Positions 9,381-18,473 of a stretch of 64,000 nucleotides of DNA are shown one piece after another. Within the stretch, counting starts at the first letter, position 1, and the number at the start of each line of letters is the position of its first letter. A program made the position numbers and the translations under genes. The notes under the pieces were generated by a model. That model ran no database searches, was not told the origin of the DNA, and was given only the letters and a program-made list of their open reading frames with translations. Origin of the DNA: Bacillota bacterium (GTDB taxonomy: Bacteria; Bacillota; Clostridia; Clostridiales; Caloramatoraceae); the NCBI GenBank assembly GCA_023389275.1, contig JAEWEN010000064.1, forward strand, positions 4,730 through 68,729. Reading direction: 5' to 3'.

Positions 9381-10606
9381 ACCTCCAAAGCAAACTTATC
9401 TATAATTATTCTTTTAACAAGTTCTTCTATATTTTTTGCAAATATAGTTTTTGCTTTTATATTAACCTTAATAAAATAATCTTCTAATAATAATAAATTT
9501 TTTGTACTGCTTATTGAACCTCTATCAATATAAACTAACCCCTTAAAATTCTTTATAATACTTTTATAATCTTTTATATTCTCTGGATTAATCATTAAAT
9601 AATTTCCAATAGAATCTAAAATTCTATCTGGTAAATAATTTGTAACTAATATTAAATCTGGTTTTTCTTCTTCTAACTTAAATGTAGTATTTTTCATAAT
9701 TTTTTCTTTTAATCTTTTATTTAATATATTTTTTTCATTTATTTCATCTTTTAAACAATTTAGCTCTATACTACAGTTAAATAACTTTTTATTTAAAGAA
9801 ATATTCGAATTTTCTTTATTATTTAATTCTAATTTTAGCACTTCTATTTGATTATTTTTGTATTCTTTATATTGAATATAAATGTTTTCCATTGCATTTA
9901 AAATTATATCTTTAAAAAACACCAAAATACTATTATCCTTTTTAGCATAATCTAAATTCAATTTTACAAAAGCTAACATAAACAAATTATTATCTAATTG
10001 TTCTGATAAATCACCAAATTCTTTACAAATTTCAACTATAGATTTGTTCTTTATTTTATCTTGAATAAAGTTATACTCTTCCATTTTATTAAGTTCTAAT
10101 ATAACTTCCTCTATTTTTATAATACTGTCATAAATAAACTTATCTATATTATTTATATCAAGATATTTTTTAATAATTGATATACAATTCCCATCATTTA
10201 TGTTTACATTTTCATTTATAAGACCTGAAAAAATATGCTTTCCATTTTTAATATTAAACTCAATTTTATCTGACAAATTCTCTGCTTCCTTAGGAAATAT
10301 ACTTAAAAATATACCATATATTTCAAATATGGTATATTTTTCTTTCCATGAGGAAATATAAAACTCACTTAAAAAATCATCTAAACTTAGGTGAATATAA
10401 TCTTTACTTTTTTCACAAAAAATATCATCAATAAGTTCTTGAAACTTTTTTTCATTGTTATACTTTATTTTAATAACATTTTTCAAAAGATTTTTAGGAG
10501 CCTTTTTAATGTTAGTAAATCCATTTATTATTATATTTTTACTTTCTATTAGGGAAACTAAATATTCATAGTCCATTAAATCAAAAAAAAGTCCAATACT
10601 TTTCAT
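9377..10606 (-). CDS. coiled-coil protein, first gene of the McrBC-like operon; CnuA-like
   Basis: Heptad-rich segment QIEVLKLELNNKENSNISLNKKL...LNKRLKEKI; helical N-terminus, alpha/beta C-terminus; stop abuts the GTPase start (ATGA). Confidence 0.65.
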   Translation of the reverse strand: MKSIGLFFDLMDYEYLVSLIESKNIIINGFTNIKKAPKNLLKNVIKIKYNNEKKFQELIDDIFCEKSKDYIHLSLDDFLSEFYISSWKEKYTIFEIYGIFLSIFPKEAENLSDKIEFNIKNGKHIFSGLINENVNINDGNCISIIKKYLDINNIDKFIYDSIIKIEEVILELNKMEEYNFIQDKIKNKSIVEICKEFGDLSEQLDNNLFMLAFVKLNLDYAKKDNSILVFFKDIILNAMENIYIQYKEYKNNQIEVLKLELNNKENSNISLNKKLFNCSIELNCLKDEINEKNILNKRLKEKIMKNTTFKLEEEKPDLILVTNYLPDRILDSIGNYLMINPENIKDYKSIIKNFKGLVYIDRGSISSTKNLLLLEDYFIKVNIKAKTIFAKNIEELVKRIIIDKFALEV

Positions 10607-10830
10607 TATCTTCCCCCCTTTTTCTATCTTTAATGTTATATATTCTATAAATATTTATCTATTTCCTTTAATATTTAACATAAATTAAATTGTATCTTCC
10701 ACTTTAATATAACTTTATTTTGCTTATAGTTAATTATTGTTTTTTATTAAAATTAGTGATATATTTTTATTTGTACTAAATGTTTTTAATGAAGATTTCC
10801 CTATTGCTTTATGAAAGGAGATGAGGGAAT

Positions 10831-11643
10831 ATGCTAGTTAAAGATTGGAAAGAATTTTTAATCCCTTATGAGCAAGCCGTTGAAGAACTTAAAATTAAAT
10901 TTAAAAGCATTCGAAAACAATCTAGAAATAAAAATACTTACTCCCCTATTGAATTTGTTACTGGTAGGGTAAAAGAAATATCTAGTATCTTAGAAAAAGC
11001 TAAAAAGTTAAATATACCTTTCAACAGAATAGCCCAAGAGGTTGAGGACATAGCTGGTATAAGAATTATGTGTCAGTTTGTTGAAGATATATATACTGTT
11101 GTAGATTTAATTAAACAACGTGATGGAAAAGATTTAACTGTTGCTTATGAAAAAGATTATGTTAAAAATTTCAAAGAAAGTGGCTATAGAAGTTATCATA
11201 TGATAATAAAATATCCTGTTCAAACTACTTCAGGAGAGGTAGAAGTTTTAGCTGAAATACAAATTAGAACACTTGCTATGAACTTTTGGGCAACTATAGA
11301 ACACTCTTTAAACTATAAATATAAGCAAAGTATTCCTAAACATATTAAAGATAGACTAAAAAAATCTGCTGAACTTGCTTTTTTACTTGATGAGGAAATG
11401 TCTCAAATTAAAGAAGAAATTATGGATGCACAAACTATGTTTGAGATTAAATCTAATATTATCTCAGATGTTTTAGATAATATTACAAATCTCTACTCTC
11501 TTGGTAAAATATCCGAGTCTTCTGAGATTCAAGACAAATTTAATAAATTAATTGAATATGGCGATGTATTTGACTTAAAAGACCTTCTAGATGAATCAAA
11601 CATAAAAGTTCAAAAAGCTAGAATGGAATTATACGATTTATAA
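10831..11643 (+). CDS. relQ: small alarmone (p)ppGpp synthetase, YjbM/RelQ family
   Basis: GRVKEISSILEK, DIAGIRIMC, SGYRSYH, EIQIRTLAMNFWATIEH. Confidence 0.92.
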   Translation: MLVKDWKEFLIPYEQAVEELKIKFKSIRKQSRNKNTYSPIEFVTGRVKEISSILEKAKKLNIPFNRIAQEVEDIAGIRIMCQFVEDIYTVVDLIKQRDGKDLTVAYEKDYVKNFKESGYRSYHMIIKYPVQTTSGEVEVLAEIQIRTLAMNFWATIEHSLNYKYKQSIPKHIKDRLKKSAELAFLLDEEMSQIKEEIMDAQTMFEIKSNIISDVLDNITNLYSLGKISESSEIQDKFNKLIEYGDVFDLKDLLDESNIKVQKARMELYDL

Positions 11644-11680
11644 AACCAGTCATATTGTATTTAATACAATATGACTGGTT
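11644..11680 (+). terminator. long hairpin after relQ
   Basis: AACCAGTCATATTGTATT/AATACAATATGACTGGTT perfect inverted repeat; weak U-tract. Confidence 0.55.
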
Positions 11681-11705
11681 AAATTTATATAAAGGAGGTA
11701 TTAAA

Positions 11706-13109
11706 ATGAGCCCTAAAAACAAAAGAATATTATTTACCTCTCTAATTAGCATTATAGTTTTTATTTTACTTTTATCTAATCTTGGAAATAACTTTAAAAC
11801 AGATATTATATCCTATAAAAATATTATAAATAATGTAGATAATATAAAATCTAATTGGCTAAGTTCTTATAATGAAGAGGATTTTTGTAAAATATCTTCT
11901 GATTATATAGTTTCAAATCTTGAAGAGTATTCTTTAAAAACTACTAAACAAAACTTTTCATATAATATACCTATTGAAAAAAGCAAATCATACTTAGAAG
12001 TTATATCTAAATATGACAACACTATTAAACAGTACACATATAAAGAAGATTTTACAGAGGATATAAGTGGTTTATATACTTCACAATATGTAAAAGGCAA
12101 TGGAAGAATAATAGATGAAATTGAATTTAAAGATTCTATTCCTGACATTATTTTATTTGAAAAATATGCTACCTACCCTAATTACCTAAAGGAAACCTAT
12201 GATAAAAAGCTAAAAGCTCTTGGTGTTTCTGCGGTTCTTTTTCCAGAGGCAAAAGAAAAAATTTTAGATAATTCTTCTTTTTTTGACTCTGAATACACTA
12301 AAACCTCTAATGGAATATTAAAATTTGCAGTTTCCCATGAGGCATATAAAGAGATTGAAGATTATATAAACCAAGGATATAAATTAAAATTAAAGTCAGG
12401 TATAAAGGTTGAAAAACAAAATTTAATAAATGTTTATGGAAAAATTGAAGGAAGTAATCCTAAGTATCCACCTTTAATAATAGGAACATTTTACGATGGA
12501 CAAATCCCTTCAAAATTTAATAGTACAAAAGGTGATACATTTGAAGTTAAAACCTATACTCCATCAATACTTATAGAGTGTGCTAGAATTGCAAAAATAC
12601 AAGAAAATATTGTTCCGGATCGTACAATTATATTTGCCTTTTTATCTGGAAAAAATTCCGATGAAAAAGGATTAGATTATTTTAAAAGTCTTAAATTAAA
12701 AGGTGACTTTATATTACTTGACAATCTAGGTAATTCAAATAAGTTTAATCTTTTAGTTCACGAAAAATTAAAAAATCTTACTAATACTATAGATTACTTT
12801 ATGAAAAAAAATGATTTAAAAATAGTATCTAATACTACAAGTAGTTATATGAATACAGGATATACCTATATATCTGGATTAAATAATTTAGATAAAGGCT
12901 TAGATTTCACTAATTCTTACAATACATGCAAATTTATACTTTCACTTATAGGAGATGAGTGCTATAATTTAGACTTGATAACTGCAAACTCTAGGGAAAT
13001 ACGAGGTATCAGAAGATTTTTAAATGATTATACTGTTTTAATTTCTGTTACATCTTTAATATTTATAACATATATTGTGTTTAAATACCCAGAGATTAAA
13101 AAATTCTAA
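11706..13109 (+). CDS. membrane-anchored M28 peptidase-like protein, apparently inactive
   Basis: N- and C-terminal TM segments; NVYGKIEG..PPLIIGTFYDG and RTIIFAFLSG M28-like strands; RBS AAAGGAGG before ATG 11706. Confidence 0.6.
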   Translation: MSPKNKRILFTSLISIIVFILLLSNLGNNFKTDIISYKNIINNVDNIKSNWLSSYNEEDFCKISSDYIVSNLEEYSLKTTKQNFSYNIPIEKSKSYLEVISKYDNTIKQYTYKEDFTEDISGLYTSQYVKGNGRIIDEIEFKDSIPDIILFEKYATYPNYLKETYDKKLKALGVSAVLFPEAKEKILDNSSFFDSEYTKTSNGILKFAVSHEAYKEIEDYINQGYKLKLKSGIKVEKQNLINVYGKIEGSNPKYPPLIIGTFYDGQIPSKFNSTKGDTFEVKTYTPSILIECARIAKIQENIVPDRTIIFAFLSGKNSDEKGLDYFKSLKLKGDFILLDNLGNSNKFNLLVHEKLKNLTNTIDYFMKKNDLKIVSNTTSSYMNTGYTYISGLNNLDKGLDFTNSYNTCKFILSLIGDECYNLDLITANSREIRGIRRFLNDYTVLISVTSLIFITYIVFKYPEIKKF

Positions 13110-13160
13110 TTGACAATATATATTAGTTTATAATACACTATTAATAGATAATAATTATAA
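13110..13160 (+). promoter_or_regulatory. sigma-A promoter and putative Per/Fur box upstream of perR
   Basis: TTGACA 13110-13115, TACACT 13134-13139; AGATAATAATTATAA 13146-13160 resembles the Per box TTATAATnATTATAA. Confidence 0.5.
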
Positions 13161-13171
13161 ATTAGAATGGG

Positions 13172-13588
13172 ATGATAAATATGGAGAATCTTAGTAATAT
13201 TTTCAAAGAAAAAAACTTAAAACTAACTCCTCAAAGATATGCGATATATAATTATCTTAAGTCTACAAAAAGTCACCCTTCTGCTGAAGTGATTTATGAA
13301 AATTTAAGAGAAACTTATCCTACTATGAGCTTAGCTACAGTTTATAAAACTTTAAGAACTTTAATAGACCTTAACTTAGTTCAAGAAATAAACGTAGGAG
13401 AAGATAACTTTAGATTTGATGCTTGCACATCAACGCATCCACATATTGTTTGTAACAAATGCAAGTGTGTTGATGACTTAGTAGATGGAGATTTTTCCTT
13501 TGTAGATGAAGTTGCTAAAAAGCATAGCAACTACACTATTGAATCACACAAACTATATTTTTATGGTGTTTGCCCACAATGCAAATAA
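13172..13588 (+). CDS. perR: Fur-family peroxide regulator
   Basis: LTPQR, HPSAE, SLATVYKTL, RFDA, HPHIVCNKC, GVCPQC. Confidence 0.88.
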   Translation: MINMENLSNIFKEKNLKLTPQRYAIYNYLKSTKSHPSAEVIYENLRETYPTMSLATVYKTLRTLIDLNLVQEINVGEDNFRFDACTSTHPHIVCNKCKCVDDLVDGDFSFVDEVAKKHSNYTIESHKLYFYGVCPQCK

Positions 13589-13620
13589 AAAAACTTCCCT
13601 TTAAGGGAAGTTTTTTTATT
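13587..13620 (+). terminator. intrinsic terminator
   Basis: AAAACTTCCCT-TTA-AGGGAAGTTTTTTT. Confidence 0.85.
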
Positions 13621-13669
13621 TATCATAATAATTCCTATAGTAACATATTAATTTATTAGAGGTGATACT

Positions 13670-14539
13670 ATGAAACTTAAGGTTTACATTTTAAAAAAGA
13701 GTCAAATTATAACTGCTCTAATAATATCTTTTATTTTACTTTTATCTATAATACTTTTAATAACATTTAAAAGTAAAGAAACAATAAAAAATGTTACCCC
13801 TGTTAAAACTGTTTATTGTGATGTAGATGGAGACAAAAAACTCGATACACTATACATACAATCAAACTTAAAAAATGACTATAATATTACCTTAAAAACA
13901 AAAAAAGGGGACGGCTTTACTTTAGAGCCGGACCCTTTACTTAAAACTTTTGGGGAAAACATAAAAAGCTGGCCTTTATATATAGAGTGTAAAGATATAA
14001 ACAATGATAATAAACAAGAAATTATAATTCAAGGATCTAAAGACAATAAACCAATTTTACATATTTATTCTTATAATGCTAAGGAAAACAAACTTAATAC
14101 TATTACTTCAGGAGAATACAACGTTTTTGCGTCTACTATACATAATAATATCCCTATTATAATGCTTGGAAAATCAGGTGAAGAAATAGAAACTTTTTAT
14201 TATACATACAATGAAACTTTAGAAAAATCAAATGAAAATCTTAATCTTGCAAGTCAAACTCTAAACTCTCTTTCTACTTTTATTAATGAAGATGAAATTG
14301 AAGTTATAAATACTACACCATCTATCCTTTCTAATATTGAAAAAGGAAATTTTCTTGATGCTGTTTTAATAGATGTTAAATACAAAGATAATATCCCATT
14401 TGAAATTTTATATCAAGTTAGGACATTATCATATGGAGATGACACTTCTCCTAATCTTTATGAAGTAAAAATGTCTCCTATATCCTATAAAAATTATAAC
14501 TTAGATTATAAAATAACAAATATAACCAAAATAGATTAA
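13670..14539 (+). CDS. membrane-anchored VCBS/FG-GAP-repeat protein
   Basis: N-terminal TM; DVDGDKKLD and DINNDNKQE calcium-blade motifs. Confidence 0.65.
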   Translation: MKLKVYILKKSQIITALIISFILLLSIILLITFKSKETIKNVTPVKTVYCDVDGDKKLDTLYIQSNLKNDYNITLKTKKGDGFTLEPDPLLKTFGENIKSWPLYIECKDINNDNKQEIIIQGSKDNKPILHIYSYNAKENKLNTITSGEYNVFASTIHNNIPIIMLGKSGEEIETFYYTYNETLEKSNENLNLASQTLNSLSTFINEDEIEVINTTPSILSNIEKGNFLDAVLIDVKYKDNIPFEILYQVRTLSYGDDTSPNLYEVKMSPISYKNYNLDYKITNITKID

Positions 14540-14605
14540 TGTATTCACCTTTTAACAATTTTTTTCATATAATTATACTGATACAGTATTTTGAAAGGTA
14601 TATTT

Positions 14606-15265
14606 ATGAATAAGGATATAGGTACACATACTAACCCTACAGAAACAGACTATGCTTCTGATAAGCCAATATCATATATAAGACTTTTACATGCATCACC
14701 TGATGCCCCTGCAGTTAATGTAGTTGCTAACGGAGGACTTATAGCAAAAAATCTTCCATATAAAAACTTTACATCATATATAAAGGTATTTCCTGGAAAT
14801 TACAATATAAAAGTATTTCCTGCAAGCAACATGAAATCCGAGGTTTTAAATACAAATATTAAAATACCTCCCTACTCTATTTTAACTTTAGTAGTAGGAG
14901 ACAATGTATCTGATTTAAAACTATTTGTAGTTCCTGATAATACACAAAAAGTTATACCAAATAAAGCTTTAGTAAGATTTGCTAACCTTTCTCCAAATGC
15001 AGGAGATACAGATGTTTCTTTAGCTAGTGGAATTCCTCTTTTTAAAAATGTAGATTTTGGAGAGTATACTAATTATACTCAACTTCCACCTAGCGTATAT
15101 CATTTCAAACTAAAGTCTAAAAATACAGGAACAGAACTTTCAGTTCCAAATGCTAATTTAAAGCCTGGAAAAGCATATACACTATACGCTCTAGGGGAAC
15201 CTAGTAAAAAAGCTCCTTTACTATTATTAATACCTTTAGACGGAAATTCATATATAAAATTTTAA
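14606..15265 (+). CDS. DUF4397-domain protein
   Basis: Two repeats, IRLLHASPDAPAVNV and VRFANLSPNAGDTDV; start moved to ATG 14606. Confidence 0.8.
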   Translation: MNKDIGTHTNPTETDYASDKPISYIRLLHASPDAPAVNVVANGGLIAKNLPYKNFTSYIKVFPGNYNIKVFPASNMKSEVLNTNIKIPPYSILTLVVGDNVSDLKLFVVPDNTQKVIPNKALVRFANLSPNAGDTDVSLASGIPLFKNVDFGEYTNYTQLPPSVYHFKLKSKNTGTELSVPNANLKPGKAYTLYALGEPSKKAPLLLLIPLDGNSYIKF

Positions 15266-15270
15266 ATATG

Positions 15271-15314
15271 AAAAAGTTATTCCTAACTACTTTTAGGAAT
15301 AACTTTTTCTTTTT
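15271..15314 (+). terminator. intrinsic terminator
   Basis: AAAAAGTTATTCCTAA..TTAGGAATAACTTTTT. Confidence 0.8.
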
Positions 15315-15452
15315 GCTATATATTATATTGATATTTAGAAAAATATTTAAAATACTTGTTTAACCTTCCTAGATATGTTAATATTAATTAATAAAAAGTC
15401 TTTAGCATAAAAACATATGTATTTGCTTTGCGAACATTAAGGGGGATAAAAT

Positions 15453-16769
15453 ATGACAATAAAGGTTGCAAAATTTGGGGGATCATCGCTTGCAAGCTCT
15501 CAACAATTTAAAAAGGTTTATAATATTATTCAAATGGATAAAGACAGAAAGTTCGTAGTTCCGTCAGCATTTGGTAAAAGAGATTCTGCAGATAAAAAAA
15601 TAACAGATCTTTTATATTTATGCCATGCTCATGTTGAAAATGAAATACCATTTGATGATGTTTTTACTATAATTAAAAATAGATGTCTAGATATTGTAAA
15701 AGAATTAGAACTTAATATTAATATGAATCCGTATCTAGATGAAATAAAGGAAACTATAGCATCTCATACTACTAAAGATTATGCAGCTAGCCGTGGAGAA
15801 TATTTAAGTGGAATAGTTCTTGCAAATCTTTTAGGTTATGAATTTATAGATGCTGCTGAGGTTATTAGATTTGAAAAAAATGGCCAACTTGATTATAACA
15901 CTACAATAGAGCTTTTAAGAAAAAGACTATCTAAGTGTGAAAATGCTGTTATTCCAGGATTTTATGGAGCAACTGCTAGTGGCAGAATAGTAACATTTTC
16001 TAGAGGAGGATCTGATGTAACTGGAGCTTTAGTTGCTAATGCTGTTAACGCATGTGTATATGAAAACTTTACAGATGTTTCAGGTCTTTTAACAACTAAT
16101 CCATGTATAGTTGAAAATCCTAAACCTATTTCAAAAGTTACTTATAGAGAACTTAGAGAACTAGCTTATATGGGAGCAACTGTTATACATGAAGACGCTA
16201 TAAAACCTGTTAAAGAAGCTGGTATACCACTTAATATAAGAAATACAAATGATCCTTCTCATCCAGGCACAATGATTGTTGGTGAAATCGATCAAAGTGT
16301 AGCAGCAGGTACTATAACTGGTATAGCAGGTAAAAAGGACTTTACTGTTATAGCTATAGATCAAAGCTATATGAATTCTCATGTTGGATATGCACAAAAA
16401 ATACTATCAATTTTAGCTGATTTTGATGTTTCTTTTGAATGTATGCCATCTGGTATTGATAATATATCACTTGTAATTGAAAGTAGCTACTTAGAAGGTA
16501 AGCTTTATGATATAGTAGAGCAAATAAAAGTAAAATGTAATCCAGATTCAGTTGAAGTTTATCCAAACATGGCTTTAATAGCAACTGTTGGTCGTGGAAT
16601 GATTTATGCTCAAGGTGTATCATCTAAACTATTCTCTGCATTATATAACGCAGGTGTAAATATTAGAATGATTAATCAAGGATCAAGCGAGATAAATATT
16701 ATCGTTGGAGTTGAAAATGATGATTTTGAAAAAGCTATAAAAGCAATATATAATGCTTTTGTAGACTAA
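15453..16769 (+). CDS. lysC: aspartate kinase (ACT domains)
   Basis: KFGGSSLA, TFSRGGSDVTGA, ELAYMGATVIH, C-terminal ACT repeats. Confidence 0.95.
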   Translation: MTIKVAKFGGSSLASSQQFKKVYNIIQMDKDRKFVVPSAFGKRDSADKKITDLLYLCHAHVENEIPFDDVFTIIKNRCLDIVKELELNINMNPYLDEIKETIASHTTKDYAASRGEYLSGIVLANLLGYEFIDAAEVIRFEKNGQLDYNTTIELLRKRLSKCENAVIPGFYGATASGRIVTFSRGGSDVTGALVANAVNACVYENFTDVSGLLTTNPCIVENPKPISKVTYRELRELAYMGATVIHEDAIKPVKEAGIPLNIRNTNDPSHPGTMIVGEIDQSVAAGTITGIAGKKDFTVIAIDQSYMNSHVGYAQKILSILADFDVSFECMPSGIDNISLVIESSYLEGKLYDIVEQIKVKCNPDSVEVYPNMALIATVGRGMIYAQGVSSKLFSALYNAGVNIRMINQGSSEINIIVGVENDDFEKAIKAIYNAFVD

Positions 16770-16788
16770 ATTAAAGGGGGTTTTTCTT

Positions 16789-18069
16789 TTGGAAAAAGTT
16801 AAAATAGGACTATTAGGATTTGGAACTGTAGGTAGTGGTGTATGGAAAGTAATAGAAGCTAATAATGAAAGTATAGCTCAAAGATGTGGAAAAAAACTTG
16901 AAGTATCTAAAGTACTTGTAAGATCACTTGAAAAAGCTAGAGCTTGCGATATACCATTTGAACTTTTTACAGACAAATTTGATGATGTTTTATCATCTGA
17001 TGTAGATGTTGTTGTAGAAGTTATGGGAGGAATAAATCCTGCAAAAGAATATATATTAAAGGCTATTAAAGCAAAAAAACATGTTGTAACAGCTAATAAA
17101 CAACTTCTTGCAGTAGAAGGAGAAGATATTTATAAAGCAGCGGTAGAAAATGGAGTTAAAATATTCTACGAAGCAAGTGTTGCAGGTGGAATTCCTATAC
17201 TAAATACTTTAAAGGATCCTTTAGCAGCAAATCAAATTGAAGAAATTATAGGAATTGTAAATGGAACTACAAACTATATACTTTCTAAAATGACTGAGGA
17301 TAAAAAAGACTTTGAAACTATGTTAAAAGTTGCTCAAGATTTAGGTTATGCAGAAGCTTCTCCTGAAGCAGACGTTGAAGGATTTGATGCTGCGTATAAA
17401 CTTTGTATACTATCTTCACTTGCTTTTAAAACTAAAATTGATTCTGAAAAAGTTCATCGTGAAGGAATATGTAGTATATCTCCACTAGATATTGAATATG
17501 CAAAGGAAATGGGATACACTGTTAAACTACTTGCTATTGCTAAAAAGAAAGAGGCAGGGCTTGAAATGCGTGTTCACCCTACTTTCATACCATCAACTCA
17601 TCCTCTTGCAACAGTATCTGATTCATACAATGCTGTTTTCTTAAAAGGAAATGCTGTTGAAAACTTAATGTTCTATGGAAGAGGTGCTGGAGATCTTCCA
17701 ACAGCTAGTGCTGTAGTTGGTGATATTATATCAGTAATAAATAGTGAAAACTCTCCTTCTTACGAAGATAAGGTTTTAAATAATATAAAAGAGCTTCCTA
17801 TTTTATCTATAGGAGGACTTGAAACTGAGTACTATGCTAGATTAACTGTTGAGGATAAAATAGGAGTTCTTGGTAAAATAACTTCTATTTTAGGAGATAA
17901 TAATGTTTCATTATCAACTGTTATACAAAAAAGTGCAAAAAACTCTCTTGTTTCACTTGTATTTATGACACATAAAACAACAGAATCTAATCTTCAAGTA
18001 GCATTTAATAAAATTGTTGAACTTGATGAGGTTAAGAAAATAGAAAATATTATTAGAATAGAAAACTAA
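16789..18069 (+). CDS. hom: homoserine dehydrogenase with C-terminal ACT domain
   Basis: GLLGFGTVGSG, HVVTANK, EASVAGGIP, GIVNGTTNYIL, GRGAG. Confidence 0.96.
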   Translation: MEKVKIGLLGFGTVGSGVWKVIEANNESIAQRCGKKLEVSKVLVRSLEKARACDIPFELFTDKFDDVLSSDVDVVVEVMGGINPAKEYILKAIKAKKHVVTANKQLLAVEGEDIYKAAVENGVKIFYEASVAGGIPILNTLKDPLAANQIEEIIGIVNGTTNYILSKMTEDKKDFETMLKVAQDLGYAEASPEADVEGFDAAYKLCILSSLAFKTKIDSEKVHREGICSISPLDIEYAKEMGYTVKLLAIAKKKEAGLEMRVHPTFIPSTHPLATVSDSYNAVFLKGNAVENLMFYGRGAGDLPTASAVVGDIISVINSENSPSYEDKVLNNIKELPILSIGGLETEYYARLTVEDKIGVLGKITSILGDNNVSLSTVIQKSAKNSLVSLVFMTHKTTESNLQVAFNKIVELDEVKKIENIIRIEN

Positions 18070-18128
18070 TATTAAATAAATAATAATCTCCTCCTTTACA
18101 CATAATAATTAAAAAGGAGGAGATTATT

Positions 18129-18260
18129 TTGTCTAAAAAAAATACTTATTCAGAAGAAAATAAAAACAAATCACTTATAAAAAACTCTAATGAAAGTAGA
18201 AATTCTAAAACTGGATATATGGAATCTGGAAATCACGAAAAGTTTAAAAGGCAAGGATAA
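18129..18260 (+). CDS. small hydrophilic protein (43 aa), possibly sporulation-specific
   Basis: AAAGGAGG RBS, TTG start, MSKKNTYSEENKNKSLIKNSNESRNSKTGYMESGNHEKFKRQG, terminator right after the stop. Confidence 0.65.
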   Translation: MSKKNTYSEENKNKSLIKNSNESRNSKTGYMESGNHEKFKRQG

Positions 18261-18284
18261 AAAGGATGGTTTCCCATCCTTTTT
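18259..18284. terminator. bidirectional terminator between two small ORFs
   Basis: AAAAGGATGG-TTTC-CCATCCTTTTT. Confidence 0.8.
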
Positions 18285-18408
18285 AATAAACATATTTGTA
18301 TTTTTTAGACATTTCATGAACTTTCTTAGCTTTTATCATGTTTCCTAAACTTATTTCATGATCACGCCAAATTTTCAGTTCATAATATACACTACTAAAT
18401 CTTTTCAA
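18283..18408 (-). CDS. small basic protein (41 aa)
   Basis: AAAGGGTGAG RBS, TTG start, MKRFSSVYYELKIWRDHEISLGNMIKAKKVHEMSKKYKYVY, stop at the terminator. Confidence 0.55.
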   Translation of the reverse strand: MKRFSSVYYELKIWRDHEISLGNMIKAKKVHEMSKKYKYVY

Positions 18409-18473
18409 AACACTCACCCTTTATGTATTACTACTATGTAGTTTATTCATAAAAAGTATGTTTATTCATTATG

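Noticed and set aside
5124..10606. Prophage, IS or integrative element boundaries around the McrBC-like operon
   Set aside because: No integrase, transposase, tRNA target or flanking direct repeat visible.
10831..11643. relQ as a toxic alarmone synthetase (toxSAS) of a TA or defence module
   Set aside because: The sequence is a conserved housekeeping YjbM/RelQ type; there is no small co-oriented antitoxin gene.
15266..15452. Lysine riboswitch or Thr T-box upstream of aspartokinase-hom
   Set aside because: The leader after the terminator is short and AT-rich, with no recognisable aptamer or T-box motif.
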